Shown here: positions 46,825 through 56,450 of the stretch, one piece after another
Layout: each line of letters opens with the position of its first letter
Position numbering within the stretch: the first letter of the stretch is position 1
NCBI GenBank assembly: GCA_041300865.1
Contig: JBFYTF010000036.1
Location: forward strand, 34,604 to 98,603
Length of the DNA stretch: 64,000 nt
Source: Anaerolineae bacterium
GTDB lineage: Bacteria; Chloroflexota; Anaerolineae; JAAYZQ01
Direction: 5' to 3'
Translations under genes and position numbers: made by a program
The notes under the pieces: generated by a model
Told to the model about the DNA's origin: nothing
The model's input: only the letters and a program-made list of their open reading frames with translations
Databases searched by the model: none

Positions 46825-47832
46825 CTATAGCGCGAGCTTGCCCTTGTCGTATACCAGCTTGCCGTCAAGGTACACGCTGGCCTCGCGCAGAATGGCGTCG
46901 ATATGGCAAGGTGCCTTGACCTTGCCGCCGATGGCATAGTTGCTCCCGATGCCGATGTGGGCATGATCGGCCTTGCCCAGGTCTTCGAGGTTGGTCGCTG
47001 CCTCCCTGGCCTGGGGATTGAGACCAATGCCGAACTCGGCGACGTTGTAGGCGGTTGCGTCGTCGAATCCTGCCAGGATGCGCGCCAGGTCGTCGGCCAT
47101 GGCGCCACCTTCGATCCCGGCGATGAAGCCATCTTTGAGGGTCAGGGTGATCGGCTCGCGGCGTGTCACTCCGACGCTCATGACGCGGACGTCGACAATG
47201 GCCACGCCCTGGGCCGTGCCCTCGATGGGCGAGATGTTGATCTCGCTGTTGGGCAGCGCGGCAAACTGGCCCGGCTCGCGGAATAGGCCCGTTTCATATT
47301 GGGTCGGCCGCCCCTTGACAATGCCGCAAAAATCGGTGCCCCCTGGTGTGGTGATCCGCATCTCGGTTGCCCCGTCGAGCATGGCGCCCAGGGTCCGCCC
47401 CAGGCGGTCGCACTCTACAAAATCGGCCAGGATCCCACCCGTGCACAGGGCATCCTCTGTCACCTCGCACATCGTCGCGCCCCGCGCCCCGTTTTGGATG
47501 GCCTGGATGCGCGCGTCGGTGTGGGTCTGGGAAAAGGTCGAGGGCAGGAAGAAGATGTCCGCTTCGCGGCAAGCCGCCACGGCGGGAGCAGGTAGCTGCG
47601 CACCATGGGCGCCCGTGGGCGTAATGACGACGATGGTCGGCACCGCCCCCACGGCATAGGCGGCGGCTGCCAGAGCCTCGGCAATGCGCATCTTGTTCGT
47701 GTCGGTGGAGATGACGACGTTCTCCCCGGGCCTGGCGCCGGCGCAGTCCATGGCCCGCATGGCGCCGCGCATCATCTCAATCCAGCTCGACGAGCCGGGC
47801 ACGTAGTGTAGATAAGAGATCGGCCATTCCAT
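46825..47832 (-). CDS. M29 (AmpS/AmpT) aminopeptidase-fold protein
   Basis: C-terminal HIGIGSNYAIGGKVKAPCHIDAIL resembles the M29 metal-binding region. GGAGAGGA lies before the ATG at 47832. Confidence 0.6.
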   Translation of the reverse strand: MEWPISYLHYVPGSSSWIEMMRGAMRAMDCAGARPGENVVISTDTNKMRIAEALAAAAYAVGAVPTIVVITPTGAHGAQLPAPAVAACREADIFFLPSTFSQTHTDARIQAIQNGARGATMCEVTEDALCTGGILADFVECDRLGRTLGAMLDGATEMRITTPGGTDFCGIVKGRPTQYETGLFREPGQFAALPNSEINISPIEGTAQGVAIVDVRVMSVGVTRREPITLTLKDGFIAGIEGGAMADDLARILAGFDDATAYNVAEFGIGLNPQAREAATNLEDLGKADHAHIGIGSNYAIGGKVKAPCHIDAILREASVYLDGKLVYDKGKLAL

Positions 47833-47872
47833 CGCTGATTCCTCTCCAGCCTGTTTGCTTGGCGCTGCGCGC

Positions 47873-48874
47873 CTACCGGTACCCACTGACAATGCCCATC
47901 GGACTGGGCTCCGGCAGCCGCTGCACGGAAGGCCGGCCGAAGCCGGCGGCGGCCAGCCAGCCGAGAATGTCGTCGGCGGTGTAGACGTTGCCCCCCTGGT
48001 TCTCCACGAGCATCATCACGGCAAAGACGGCGCTGGTCGCCGGGGTTACCCGGTCGGCATCGAGCAAGAACTCGTAGACGACGACGCGACCCCCGGGCTC
48101 CAGCGCCTGATAGGCTGCGGTTAGCAGCCCCTGGTTGACGGCCGGTGGCAGGTCGTGCAAGATGTTGGACAGGAGCACCACGTCGTAGCCGCGCGGCAAC
48201 GGATCGTGCAGAAAGTCAAAGGGCTCGACGACAACCCGTTCCGCAGCGCCGGCCTGGGCGACGAACTCTCGGGCCCAGGGAACCACCGCCGGCAGATCCA
48301 GGATGGTGACCTCTAACTGCGGATAGCGCTCCAACAGCGCCAGGGAGTAGCTGCCCACGCCGCCACCCACATCCAGCAGCCGCCGGCAGCCCTCCAGGGT
48401 CAACTGCCGGCCAAAGTCGCTGCCAAAGAGCGCCGCCACGTCGTCCAGGGCCAACAGGAAGTTGCGCGCAGTCTGTGGATCCTCTTGCGCCCGCACCGGG
48501 AAGGGGGCCAGGGCCGCACGGTCGGTCCGCACACAGTCCGCCAGCCCTGACCAGGCGCGGTAGAAGAACGCCTCCTTGTCGATGAGGCGACCGAGGTAGC
48601 CCGGGCTGCCGGGCACCAGGGTGGCCGTGGCCATGGGACTGCACGCGTACCGGTCACCCTCCTGCACCACCAGGTCCAGGGCGACACAGGCGCGCAGCAG
48701 GATGCCCAGGGAACGCCGCGGCACTCCCAGCCGCCCGGCCAGGTCATCCAGCGTGGTAGGGTCCACGCCCAGCTCGGCAAAGACGCCCACCTCGTGGGCC
48801 GCCATCAGGATCGCCGGAGCCTGGTAGCGGGTCAGGAGGTCGAGCACCTGGTAGGAGAATTCGCTGACTTGCAT
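47873..48874 (-). CDS. SAM-dependent O-methyltransferase (family 2, with N-terminal dimerisation/wHTH domain)
   Basis: SAM motif LLDVGGGVGSYSLAL. ATG at 48874, 1 nt after the upstream stop. Confidence 0.75.
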   Translation of the reverse strand: MQVSEFSYQVLDLLTRYQAPAILMAAHEVGVFAELGVDPTTLDDLAGRLGVPRRSLGILLRACVALDLVVQEGDRYACSPMATATLVPGSPGYLGRLIDKEAFFYRAWSGLADCVRTDRAALAPFPVRAQEDPQTARNFLLALDDVAALFGSDFGRQLTLEGCRRLLDVGGGVGSYSLALLERYPQLEVTILDLPAVVPWAREFVAQAGAAERVVVEPFDFLHDPLPRGYDVVLLSNILHDLPPAVNQGLLTAAYQALEPGGRVVVYEFLLDADRVTPATSAVFAVMMLVENQGGNVYTADDILGWLAAAGFGRPSVQRLPEPSPMGIVSGYR

Positions 48875-48875
48875 C

Positions 48876-50579
48876 TCACTCCACCCATTCCGCCGGCCGG
48901 TCCTGCCTGGCGGCCAAAATGCAGCCCTCGTGACTGGAGCCAACCTCGGCCGCGTAGCGGGCCAGGTAACCGGACAGGCGCTGCTCCCGCGGCTTCCAGG
49001 CGCCGCGCCGTTCCGCCAATGCCTTGGCAGAGACCAGGAGATCCAGGCGCCGGGCGGGAAGGTCAACCACGATCTCGTCGCCGTCCTGCACCAGGGCGAT
49101 GGGGCCGCCGGCCGCCGCCTCGGGGGCAACGTGCCCCACACAGGCGCCACGGGAGCCGCCCGAAAAGCGGCCATCGGTCACGAGCGACACCGTCCTGCCC
49201 AGTTCCTGCCCGGCGAGCAACGTGGCCGGGACATGCATCTCGGGCATCCCGGGCCCCCCTCGCGGGCCCTCGTAGCGGATGACCATGATGTCGCCGGGCT
49301 GCACCGCGTGCCGGCGCAGTGCCTCCACGGCCGCATCTTCGCCTTCGAACACGCGAGCAGGCCCGCGGTGGCAGCGCATCTCGGGCGCCACGGCACTTTG
49401 CTTCACGACCGCGCCCAGGGGCGCCAGGCTGCCGGTGAGGACCGCCAGGCTGCCCTCCGCAGACAGGGGATCTCCTGTCGAGCGCACAACAGACCGCGCC
49501 TCACCGGCGGCGGCCGGCACGTGGTCGGCCAGGGTGCCCCCGGCCGCTGTGGGCAGGTCAAGGTCGAGCCGGTCGCGCAGCTCGGCCATGACGGCCGGGA
49601 TACCCCCGGCCTGGTCCAGGGCCAGCAAGGAGTGCCGCCCGCTGGGCTTGACGTCGCACAGGAACGGCGTCTGGCGGTTGATGGCGTCGAATGCGGACAG
49701 ATCCAGCGGCACACCGGCTTCCCGGGCCAGGGCCAGCAGGTGTAGCACGGTGTTGGTCGAGGCGCCGATGGCGGCCCCGACGGTGATGGCATTGCGCAGC
49801 GATCCTGTGCCGATGATCGCACGGGGACGCAGATTCTCGTGCAGCAGGGCCACTGCCCGGGCGCCACTGCGGTGTGCCTCGCCGCACTTGGCGCCCGACG
49901 TCGCGTGCGTCGTCGCGCTGCGGGGTAGGGCCATGCCCAGGGCCTCGGTCAGGCAGGCCATGCTGTTGGCCGTGCCCATCATCGAGCAGGCACCGGGCCC
50001 GGGGCAGATGTGGCGCTCGATCTCTGCGAGCTGCTCGGCCGAGATGCGCCCCTCCAGGTATCGGCCCGTCGCTTCCCGGGCCTGGTAGACAGCCCACTCG
50101 CGGCCCATGTACCGCCCCGGCTCCATGGGGCCGCCGGGGACGATGATAGCCGGCAAGTTGAGGCGCGACGCGACCAGGAGCGCAGCCGGCAGGCTCTTGT
50201 CGCAGGAGGTGAGGATGACCAGGGCGTCAAAGGCGTGAGCCACGGCCATCACCTCTATCGAGTCGGCGATTAGCTCCCGGCTGGGAAGCGACATGCGCAT
50301 GCCGGCGTGGCCCATGGCCAGCCCGTCGCAGACGCCGATGGTGTTCACCTCGAAGGGCGTGCCGCCGGCTTCCGAGACCCCTTCGGCGGCCGCCCGGGCC
50401 AGCTCGCGCAGATGCGCGTGGCCCGGGTGTCCGCTGCTCCAGGTGCTCACCACGCCGACAAAGGGCCGGTCGAGATCGTCCCGGCCGAGCCCCAGGGAGT
50501 AGAGCAAGCCCCTCTGGCCCGCACGCTCCGGGCCGTCGGTCAGCCTGCGGCTCGGCCAGGTACTCGTCTGGTTGCTCAC
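48876..50579 (-). CDS. IlvD/Edd family dehydratase (dihydroxy-acid / sugar-acid dehydratase)
   Basis: Motifs GVCDGLAMGH, LTSCDKSLPA and PGGPGMPEM. Confidence 0.85.
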   Translation of the reverse strand: MSNQTSTWPSRRLTDGPERAGQRGLLYSLGLGRDDLDRPFVGVVSTWSSGHPGHAHLRELARAAAEGVSEAGGTPFEVNTIGVCDGLAMGHAGMRMSLPSRELIADSIEVMAVAHAFDALVILTSCDKSLPAALLVASRLNLPAIIVPGGPMEPGRYMGREWAVYQAREATGRYLEGRISAEQLAEIERHICPGPGACSMMGTANSMACLTEALGMALPRSATTHATSGAKCGEAHRSGARAVALLHENLRPRAIIGTGSLRNAITVGAAIGASTNTVLHLLALAREAGVPLDLSAFDAINRQTPFLCDVKPSGRHSLLALDQAGGIPAVMAELRDRLDLDLPTAAGGTLADHVPAAAGEARSVVRSTGDPLSAEGSLAVLTGSLAPLGAVVKQSAVAPEMRCHRGPARVFEGEDAAVEALRRHAVQPGDIMVIRYEGPRGGPGMPEMHVPATLLAGQELGRTVSLVTDGRFSGGSRGACVGHVAPEAAAGGPIALVQDGDEIVVDLPARRLDLLVSAKALAERRGAWKPREQRLSGYLARYAAEVGSSHEGCILAARQDRPAEWVE

Positions 50580-50586
50580 AGCTCGC

Positions 50587-51942
50587 CTACTGCACCATGC
50601 CCAGGTCTCGCTCCGCCTGGAAGATGGCGCGGTCGGTGATCTGGATCATCTCGTCGACCTCGGCCTTGGTGATGATCAGCGGCGGGCAGAACTCGATGAT
50701 GTTCTCCACGCGCCTCAGGATCAGGCCCGCCTGCAGGGCAGAGGCCATGATGCGCTCACAGAAGCTGTTCTGCTCGTCAAAGCGCGCCTTGGTCTTCTTG
50801 TCGCTGACAAATTCCACGGCGCACATCAGCCCCAGGCCGCGCACGTCGCCGACGGTGGGATGGCCGGCCAACGAGCGCAGGCCGTCCAGCATGTAGGCCC
50901 CGACCTCAGCCGAGTTCTCGACGAGCCCCTCGCGCTCGATGATCTCGAGATTCTTCAGGCCTGTGGCCGTGGATACCGGATGGTTGTTGTAGGTGTGGAC
51001 GTGCATGAACGTGGGCATGTCCTCCACGATGTACCTCTTGGCCGCCGTGGCGCCGAGGGGCATGTACCCCGAGGAGATGCCTTTGGCCATGACCAGCAGG
51101 TCGGGCTCGACGCCAAAGTGCGTGATGGCAAACATCTTGCCCGTCCGCCCAAAGCCGCACACCACCTCGTCGTCGATGAGCAGCACGCCGTGCTGGTCAC
51201 AGATCTCGCGCAGGCGCGGCCAGTACTCGGGCGGCGGCACCATGCAGCCACCCGCACCCAACACGACTTCGCCGATGACGGCCGCCACCGAGTCGGGCTG
51301 CTCGAACTCGATGATCTGGGCGATCGACTCGGCACACTGCAGGCTGCAATTCGGATACTCGAGGCCAAAGGGGCAGCGGTAGCAATACTGCTCGGGGGCA
51401 AAGTAGTAGCCGGGCGGCAGTGGCTCCATGATCTGGCGCATGGGCGATAACGTGCCTGTGGCAGCCAGGGCGCCCATGGTCGAGCCATGATAGGCGCGGC
51501 GCCGGGAGATGATCTTGTACTTGCGGCGATAGCCTTTGTGATATGCCCATTGCTTGGCCAGCTTGAAGGCCGACTCGACGGCCTCACTGCCATCCTGGGT
51601 AAAAAACACGTAGGGCATGTCGCCGGGCAGGATCTGGCTCAGCTTCGAGGCAAAGTCGATGGCGGGCTGCGCGACAAAGCCGTACGGGCAAAAGTAGTGC
51701 ATCTTGCAGGCCTGGTCGTACATGGTCCGGGCCATCTCTTCGCGCCCGTAGCCGATGAGCACCGCGTACACCCCGCTCGACATGGAGTCCATGTAGCGCC
51801 TGCCCTCTGTGTCCCAGAGATAGATCCCCTCGCCGCGCTCAAAGACCAGGGGGCCCAGCTGGCTTACCTCGGAAGGCGACACGACGGGGAAAATGATGTG
51901 GTCGGTCGCTTGCTGCCGTAGGTTCTTGGTCTGCTCACTCAT
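50587..51942 (-). CDS. Class-III PLP aminotransferase (omega-transaminase type)
   Basis: Motifs LIDDEVVCGFGRTGKMFA and VMAKGISSGYMPLG. Confidence 0.85.
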   Translation of the reverse strand: MSEQTKNLRQQATDHIIFPVVSPSEVSQLGPLVFERGEGIYLWDTEGRRYMDSMSSGVYAVLIGYGREEMARTMYDQACKMHYFCPYGFVAQPAIDFASKLSQILPGDMPYVFFTQDGSEAVESAFKLAKQWAYHKGYRRKYKIISRRRAYHGSTMGALAATGTLSPMRQIMEPLPPGYYFAPEQYCYRCPFGLEYPNCSLQCAESIAQIIEFEQPDSVAAVIGEVVLGAGGCMVPPPEYWPRLREICDQHGVLLIDDEVVCGFGRTGKMFAITHFGVEPDLLVMAKGISSGYMPLGATAAKRYIVEDMPTFMHVHTYNNHPVSTATGLKNLEIIEREGLVENSAEVGAYMLDGLRSLAGHPTVGDVRGLGLMCAVEFVSDKKTKARFDEQNSFCERIMASALQAGLILRRVENIIEFCPPLIITKAEVDEMIQITDRAIFQAERDLGMVQ

Positions 51943-51979
51943 CTGGCGTCTCCTTTGAATGTCGTCGCTGCGGCCAAGG

Positions 51980-53917
51980 TTACAGGCTCAGAACGGCCCG
52001 GGAAGCCGAGTGGATCGCATGGCGGATGGTCCTTGGCTCGGCGCAATCGCCGACTGCGAGGACCTGCGGTGCCACACCCTGCCAATGGCCCGGCAGCCCT
52101 GGGTCCGTCGTGCGTCCCCAGGCTACCAGCACACTGTCCGCCGGGTAGGTGGTTGCCGTCCCGCCTACGTCCGCGGCCACACCGTCGCCGCCGATGGCCG
52201 TGGCGCGGGCATTCGTGACGACCGTCACCCCGGCCTCGTCCAGCATCTTTTTCAGCAACAGCTGCCGGCCCACGTATTGCAGATAGGACGCATCGGCATA
52301 GCTCGCGCTGGGCTCGAGGACGGTGACCTCGTGGTTTCTCCGTCGCAGGGAGAGCGCGGCCTCGATGCCCTCGTTGCCGCCCAGCACGACGACCCGCTCG
52401 CCCAGCTGGGCCGTCCCCTGAAGGTAGGCCAGCAGATCGACCGTGGCCGGCCCGCCGTCCACAGGCAAGCCCGCCGGCAGCGTCTGGGCTCCCACGGCCA
52501 GGATGACGACGTCGGCACCGCCGGCCCGCACCAGCTCGGGGGTCGCTTCCACGCCGACATGGACCTCGACGTGCAGTTTCTCCAGTTCCCGCTGCTGCCA
52601 CTGGATGATGTTCGCCAGCTCGGCCATGTAGACCCGCGGCATGTTCGAGACCAGGCATACCAGCCCGCCGAGGCTGGCCTTTTCGTACAGGGTGACGCTG
52701 TGGCCCTTCAACGCGGCCAGGCGCGCCGCCTCCATGCCGGCCGGCCCACCGCCTACGACGACGACCTTCTTGGGGCGGACGGGCCGCTCCATCCTGGCGC
52801 GGACCTCCTCCTCACGCATGACTTCAAAGTTGATCGAGCAGTCGGCGACCCACTGCACGATATGCCGGTAGGAGCAGCCGATGTCGCAGGCGATGCACTT
52901 GCGCACGTCGTCGTAGCGGCCCTCCTCCATCTTGCGGGGCAGCTCGGGGTCCGCCAGGCTCTGGCGGGCCATGGCCACCATGTCGACCTTGCCCTGGCTC
53001 AGGATCCGCTCCACGAGCTTCGGGTCGTTGATGCGGCCCACGCCGATGACGGGGATGTTCACCTTCTCCTTCACCCGCTCGGCCAGGTAGAGGATCGGCG
53101 CCTTGGGGGAGTAGAGGGGCTGGATGTTGTAATAGACCCGCTCCTGGATGCCCCCCGACACGTCGATGCAGTCGATGCCCAGCTCCTCCAAGAGCGGGGC
53201 ATAGACGTTCGCCGTCTCGTCGATGGTCAACCCCGCGTCGCCCAGGAAGTCGTCGGCGCTGACGCGGTAAAAGAGGGGGTAGTCGGGTCCCACGGCCTCG
53301 CGCACGGCCCGCACGACCTGTTTGACGATGAGGTAGCGGTCCCGGCCGTACTCGTCGGTGCGGCGGTTGCAGTAGGGCGAGACAAACTGGGAGAGCAGGA
53401 AGCCGTGGGCGCCGTGGATCATCACGCCGTCGAACCCGGCCGCCTTGGAGCGCAGCGCGGCGCGCACCCAGGACTGCACGAGCTCCTCAATCTCGGCGAC
53501 GGTCAGCCCCCGCGGCCTTTCGCTCAGAGGCGGTGTCTCGTCCGACGGAGCCAGGGGCTGCCGGCCGGTGAACGCCCGGGGGGCGCAGCGCCCGCCGTGC
53601 ACGAGCTGGATGGTGCATTTGGCGCCGTTGTCATGGATGCCGCACACCAGCTCGCTCAAACCCGGAATCTGGCGGTCGTCGTAGACCCCCAGCATCCGCC
53701 CGAACATGTTGCCGTCGGGCCGGATGTAGGAAGCCTCGACGTGCACCAGCCCCCAACCCCCGGCTGCCTTGGCGGCGTAATAGGGCAGCATCCTGGGCGT
53801 CACGTGCCCGTCCTCCGTCGCATGGTTCATGACCATGGGTGCCGCGACCAACCTGTTCTTCAGGGCCAGCTTGCCGACGTTGATGGGATTAAAAACGGCC
53901 GCACGAGCTTCGCTCAC
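51980..53917 (-). CDS. Old-Yellow-Enzyme-type NADH:flavin oxidoreductase fused to an FAD/NAD(P) reductase domain (2,4-dienoyl-CoA / enoate reductase family)
   Basis: OYE N-terminus (FNPINVGKLALKNRLVAAPM), a CIACDIGC cluster motif and a Rossmann motif VVVVGGGPAGMEAA. GTG start with GGAGGAG. Confidence 0.85.
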   Translation of the reverse strand: MSEARAAVFNPINVGKLALKNRLVAAPMVMNHATEDGHVTPRMLPYYAAKAAGGWGLVHVEASYIRPDGNMFGRMLGVYDDRQIPGLSELVCGIHDNGAKCTIQLVHGGRCAPRAFTGRQPLAPSDETPPLSERPRGLTVAEIEELVQSWVRAALRSKAAGFDGVMIHGAHGFLLSQFVSPYCNRRTDEYGRDRYLIVKQVVRAVREAVGPDYPLFYRVSADDFLGDAGLTIDETANVYAPLLEELGIDCIDVSGGIQERVYYNIQPLYSPKAPILYLAERVKEKVNIPVIGVGRINDPKLVERILSQGKVDMVAMARQSLADPELPRKMEEGRYDDVRKCIACDIGCSYRHIVQWVADCSINFEVMREEEVRARMERPVRPKKVVVVGGGPAGMEAARLAALKGHSVTLYEKASLGGLVCLVSNMPRVYMAELANIIQWQQRELEKLHVEVHVGVEATPELVRAGGADVVILAVGAQTLPAGLPVDGGPATVDLLAYLQGTAQLGERVVVLGGNEGIEAALSLRRRNHEVTVLEPSASYADASYLQYVGRQLLLKKMLDEAGVTVVTNARATAIGGDGVAADVGGTATTYPADSVLVAWGRTTDPGLPGHWQGVAPQVLAVGDCAEPRTIRHAIHSASRAVLSL

Positions 53918-53944
53918 AGTGTCTCCTCCATTCTTCTTCCGGTC

Positions 53945-55177
53945 TCAGGCCACGCTCTGGGCAGCTGCCCGGCAGGCCACGTCAAGACGAGACAGCGCAT
54001 CCTCGACTTCGGCTGGGGTAATGGTCAGCGGTGGTTCGAGGCGTGCCGTGACGTCGTCGTTGATGGAATCGCCGATGATCACGTGCTGCCGGTGGACCTC
54101 GTCGACGTAGGCAGCCATGATTTCCTTGCTCTGCAGCTCGACGCCGATCATCAGCCCCAACCCCCGCACCTCCTTGATGACCGAGGGGTAGCGGACTTGC
54201 TGATCGCGGAGCCCGGCCATAAACTGCTCCCCCCGCTCGGCGGCTTTGGCCGGCAGGTTCTCCTGCCGCGTGAACTCCATGGCCGCCTTGGCCGCGGCAC
54301 AGCACACAGGGTGCCCACCGAACGTCGTCAGGTGCGAAAGCATGGGGTTGCACAGGGTGTCCATGACCTCGGGCCGCCCGATGAAGGCGCCGAGGGGCAT
54401 GCCACCGCCCAACGCCTTGGCCAGCACCATGATGTCGGGCACCACGTTCCAGTGCTCGCAGGCGAACCAGCGGCCCGTGCGGCCAAAGCCCGTCTGCACC
54501 TCGTCAAAGATCATGAGCGCGCCCGTGCGGTCGCACAGCTCGCGGATGCCGGGCAGGTAGTCGTCGTCGGGGATGCGCACGCCGCCCTCGCCCTGGATGG
54601 GCTCGATGATGATGGCCGCCGTGCGCTCGTCGATGGCCTGGCGTGCCGCCGGCAGGTCGTTGAAGGGGACAAAGTGCACATCGGGTACCAGGGGCTCGAA
54701 GGGCTTGCGATAGTGCTCGCGCCAGGTCACCGACAGCGCGCCGAAGGTGCGCCCGTGAAACGCGCGCTGGCAGGAGATGATGCGGCTGCGACCGGTGTAC
54801 TTGCGAGCCGTTTTCAGTGCGCCCTCGATGCCTTCACAGCCGCTGTTGGTGAAGAACGTCGTCTGCAGCTCCGGCGGCGTGACCTCGGCCAGCAGCCTGG
54901 CGGCCTCCACCTGGATGGGGATGACGTACTTGCCAAAAACCATGGTGTGCATTGACTTGTCCAGCTGGGCCTTGACCGCTGCCACGACTGCGTCGTTGCG
55001 ATGGCCAACGTTACACACGGCAATGCCGGCCAGCAGGTCGAGGTATTCTTCCCCGTCGACGGTGATGATACTGCACCCCTTGGATTCCGCCACGACCATG
55101 TCCTTGGCAAAGGGCGTGGTGCGGCAGATGTACTTCCTGTCGGCTGCGATGTATTCGGCTTTGGTTGCTGCGTCCAT
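53945..55177 (-). CDS. Class-III PLP aminotransferase
   Basis: Motifs MIFDEVQTGFGRTGRWFA and VLAKALGGGMPLG. ATG at 55177 (the track starts at GTG 55186). Confidence 0.85.
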   Translation of the reverse strand: MDAATKAEYIAADRKYICRTTPFAKDMVVAESKGCSIITVDGEEYLDLLAGIAVCNVGHRNDAVVAAVKAQLDKSMHTMVFGKYVIPIQVEAARLLAEVTPPELQTTFFTNSGCEGIEGALKTARKYTGRSRIISCQRAFHGRTFGALSVTWREHYRKPFEPLVPDVHFVPFNDLPAARQAIDERTAAIIIEPIQGEGGVRIPDDDYLPGIRELCDRTGALMIFDEVQTGFGRTGRWFACEHWNVVPDIMVLAKALGGGMPLGAFIGRPEVMDTLCNPMLSHLTTFGGHPVCCAAAKAAMEFTRQENLPAKAAERGEQFMAGLRDQQVRYPSVIKEVRGLGLMIGVELQSKEIMAAYVDEVHRQHVIIGDSINDDVTARLEPPLTITPAEVEDALSRLDVACRAAAQSVA

Positions 55178-55279
55178 AAAACTCACCCTCTGCGATCGTC
55201 TTGGTCCTGCAACTGCTGTTGGGCGTCACGCTGCCCTGCGGACCTGGCCGGACAGCACCGGACCGGGCCGCACCACCTG

Positions 55280-56431
55280 TCACCGGTAGTGCCCAACCTC
55301 CAGGGCAGTATCAAAGGCGGCGACAATGTTCTCCGGTGGCACCATCGCCTGGATGTTGTGCACAGCGGCAAACACATACTCACCCCCGGGGGCCAGGTCG
55401 TCGATGCGGCGCTTCACCTCGTCGGCAACCTCCCGGGGCGTGCCAAACGGCAGGACGTGCTGCGTGTCGACACCGCCGCCCCAGAAGACGATGTGCCGCC
55501 CGTAGCTCTCTTTCAGCTTCCTTGTATCCATCCCGCCGGCCGAGACCTGCACCGGGTTGACGATGTCCACCCCGACGTCGATCAGGTCCGCAATCTGCTC
55601 CGAGACGGCGCCACAGCCGTGGTAGAACAGCCTGGCGCCGGTTTTGTTCTTGATGGCGTCAAAGAGGCGCCTTTGCCTGGGCTTGATCGACCGTCGATAC
55701 AGGTCGGGCGAAATCAGCCAGCCGTGCTGGCCACAAATGTCATCCCAGTAGACAAAGACGTCCAGGAACTCGCCCACCTGGTCGAGATAGTTGTTGCAGG
55801 AGTCGATATAGAGCTCGGTGAGCTGGTCCAGGAGGCGGTTGGCAAAGGCCGGTTCCCGCAGCAGGGCGACGAGAAAACTCTCAAAGCCCATCATCGTCGC
55901 CGGCTGCTCAAAGATGCCACCGCCGATGATGGCGCTGCCCGTCAAAGCGCAGCCCGAGGTCTGGGAGAGGTGCACCGCCTGCTCGCGCAGGCGGCCCAGG
56001 TGGCCGGGCGGATCAAGGGGCGGCCAGGCGTAGGCGTCCAGCGCCTGCGACGTGGCCTCCCGGACGGGGAACTCGACCCAATCGTAGTACAGCCCGCCGT
56101 CTTTGGGCATGTGGAGTTTGGCGCCCCATCGGTCGACGTAGGCATAGTAGGGACCCTCTTCAAAGACCTCGACGGGCTGCATGTCCACCGCCGGCAGCTC
56201 GAGCATGCGCAGGTCCGCCCCGAGGCGAACTTGGAGCTGCTCATCCACGTAGGGCAGCTGCTGGATAGGGTCGACGATGGTCAGCTCTTCGACGTCCATG
56301 CCGAGATATCTCTTTAGCTGGATGTAGGCCTCGCGGTGGATGGACGAGCAGGCGGTGCCGCCAAAGTCGATGGGCACCCGATCCGGCTCCTGGTGATTCA
56401 GCGCGCACGCTACTCGCTGCCGAGAGTCCAC
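55280..56431 (-). CDS. Uroporphyrinogen-decarboxylase (URO-D) family protein (MtaA/CmuA-like fold)
   Basis: N-terminus (V)DSRQRVACALNHQEPDRVPIDFGG. GTG at 56431 preceded by AGGCGAGGA, just after the upstream stop. The track's 73-aa N-terminal extension was rejected. Confidence 0.65.
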   Translation of the reverse strand: MDSRQRVACALNHQEPDRVPIDFGGTACSSIHREAYIQLKRYLGMDVEELTIVDPIQQLPYVDEQLQVRLGADLRMLELPAVDMQPVEVFEEGPYYAYVDRWGAKLHMPKDGGLYYDWVEFPVREATSQALDAYAWPPLDPPGHLGRLREQAVHLSQTSGCALTGSAIIGGGIFEQPATMMGFESFLVALLREPAFANRLLDQLTELYIDSCNNYLDQVGEFLDVFVYWDDICGQHGWLISPDLYRRSIKPRQRRLFDAIKNKTGARLFYHGCGAVSEQIADLIDVGVDIVNPVQVSAGGMDTRKLKESYGRHIVFWGGGVDTQHVLPFGTPREVADEVKRRIDDLAPGGEYVFAAVHNIQAMVPPENIVAAFDTALEVGHYR

Positions 56432-56450
56432 TTTGTCCTCGCCTGGTGAC

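Noticed and set aside
51959-54955. 998-aa plus-strand ORF, and similar long plus-strand ORFs (for example 9724-11583, 19920-21869, 40472-42424, 3775-5322, 6027-7250, 58840-60321, 31426-32805).
   Set aside because: They lie antisense to minus-strand genes with clear family signatures. They have low-complexity Arg/Gly/Ala/His/Asp-rich composition with no recognisable motifs. They are the long shadow ORFs expected in GC-rich DNA.
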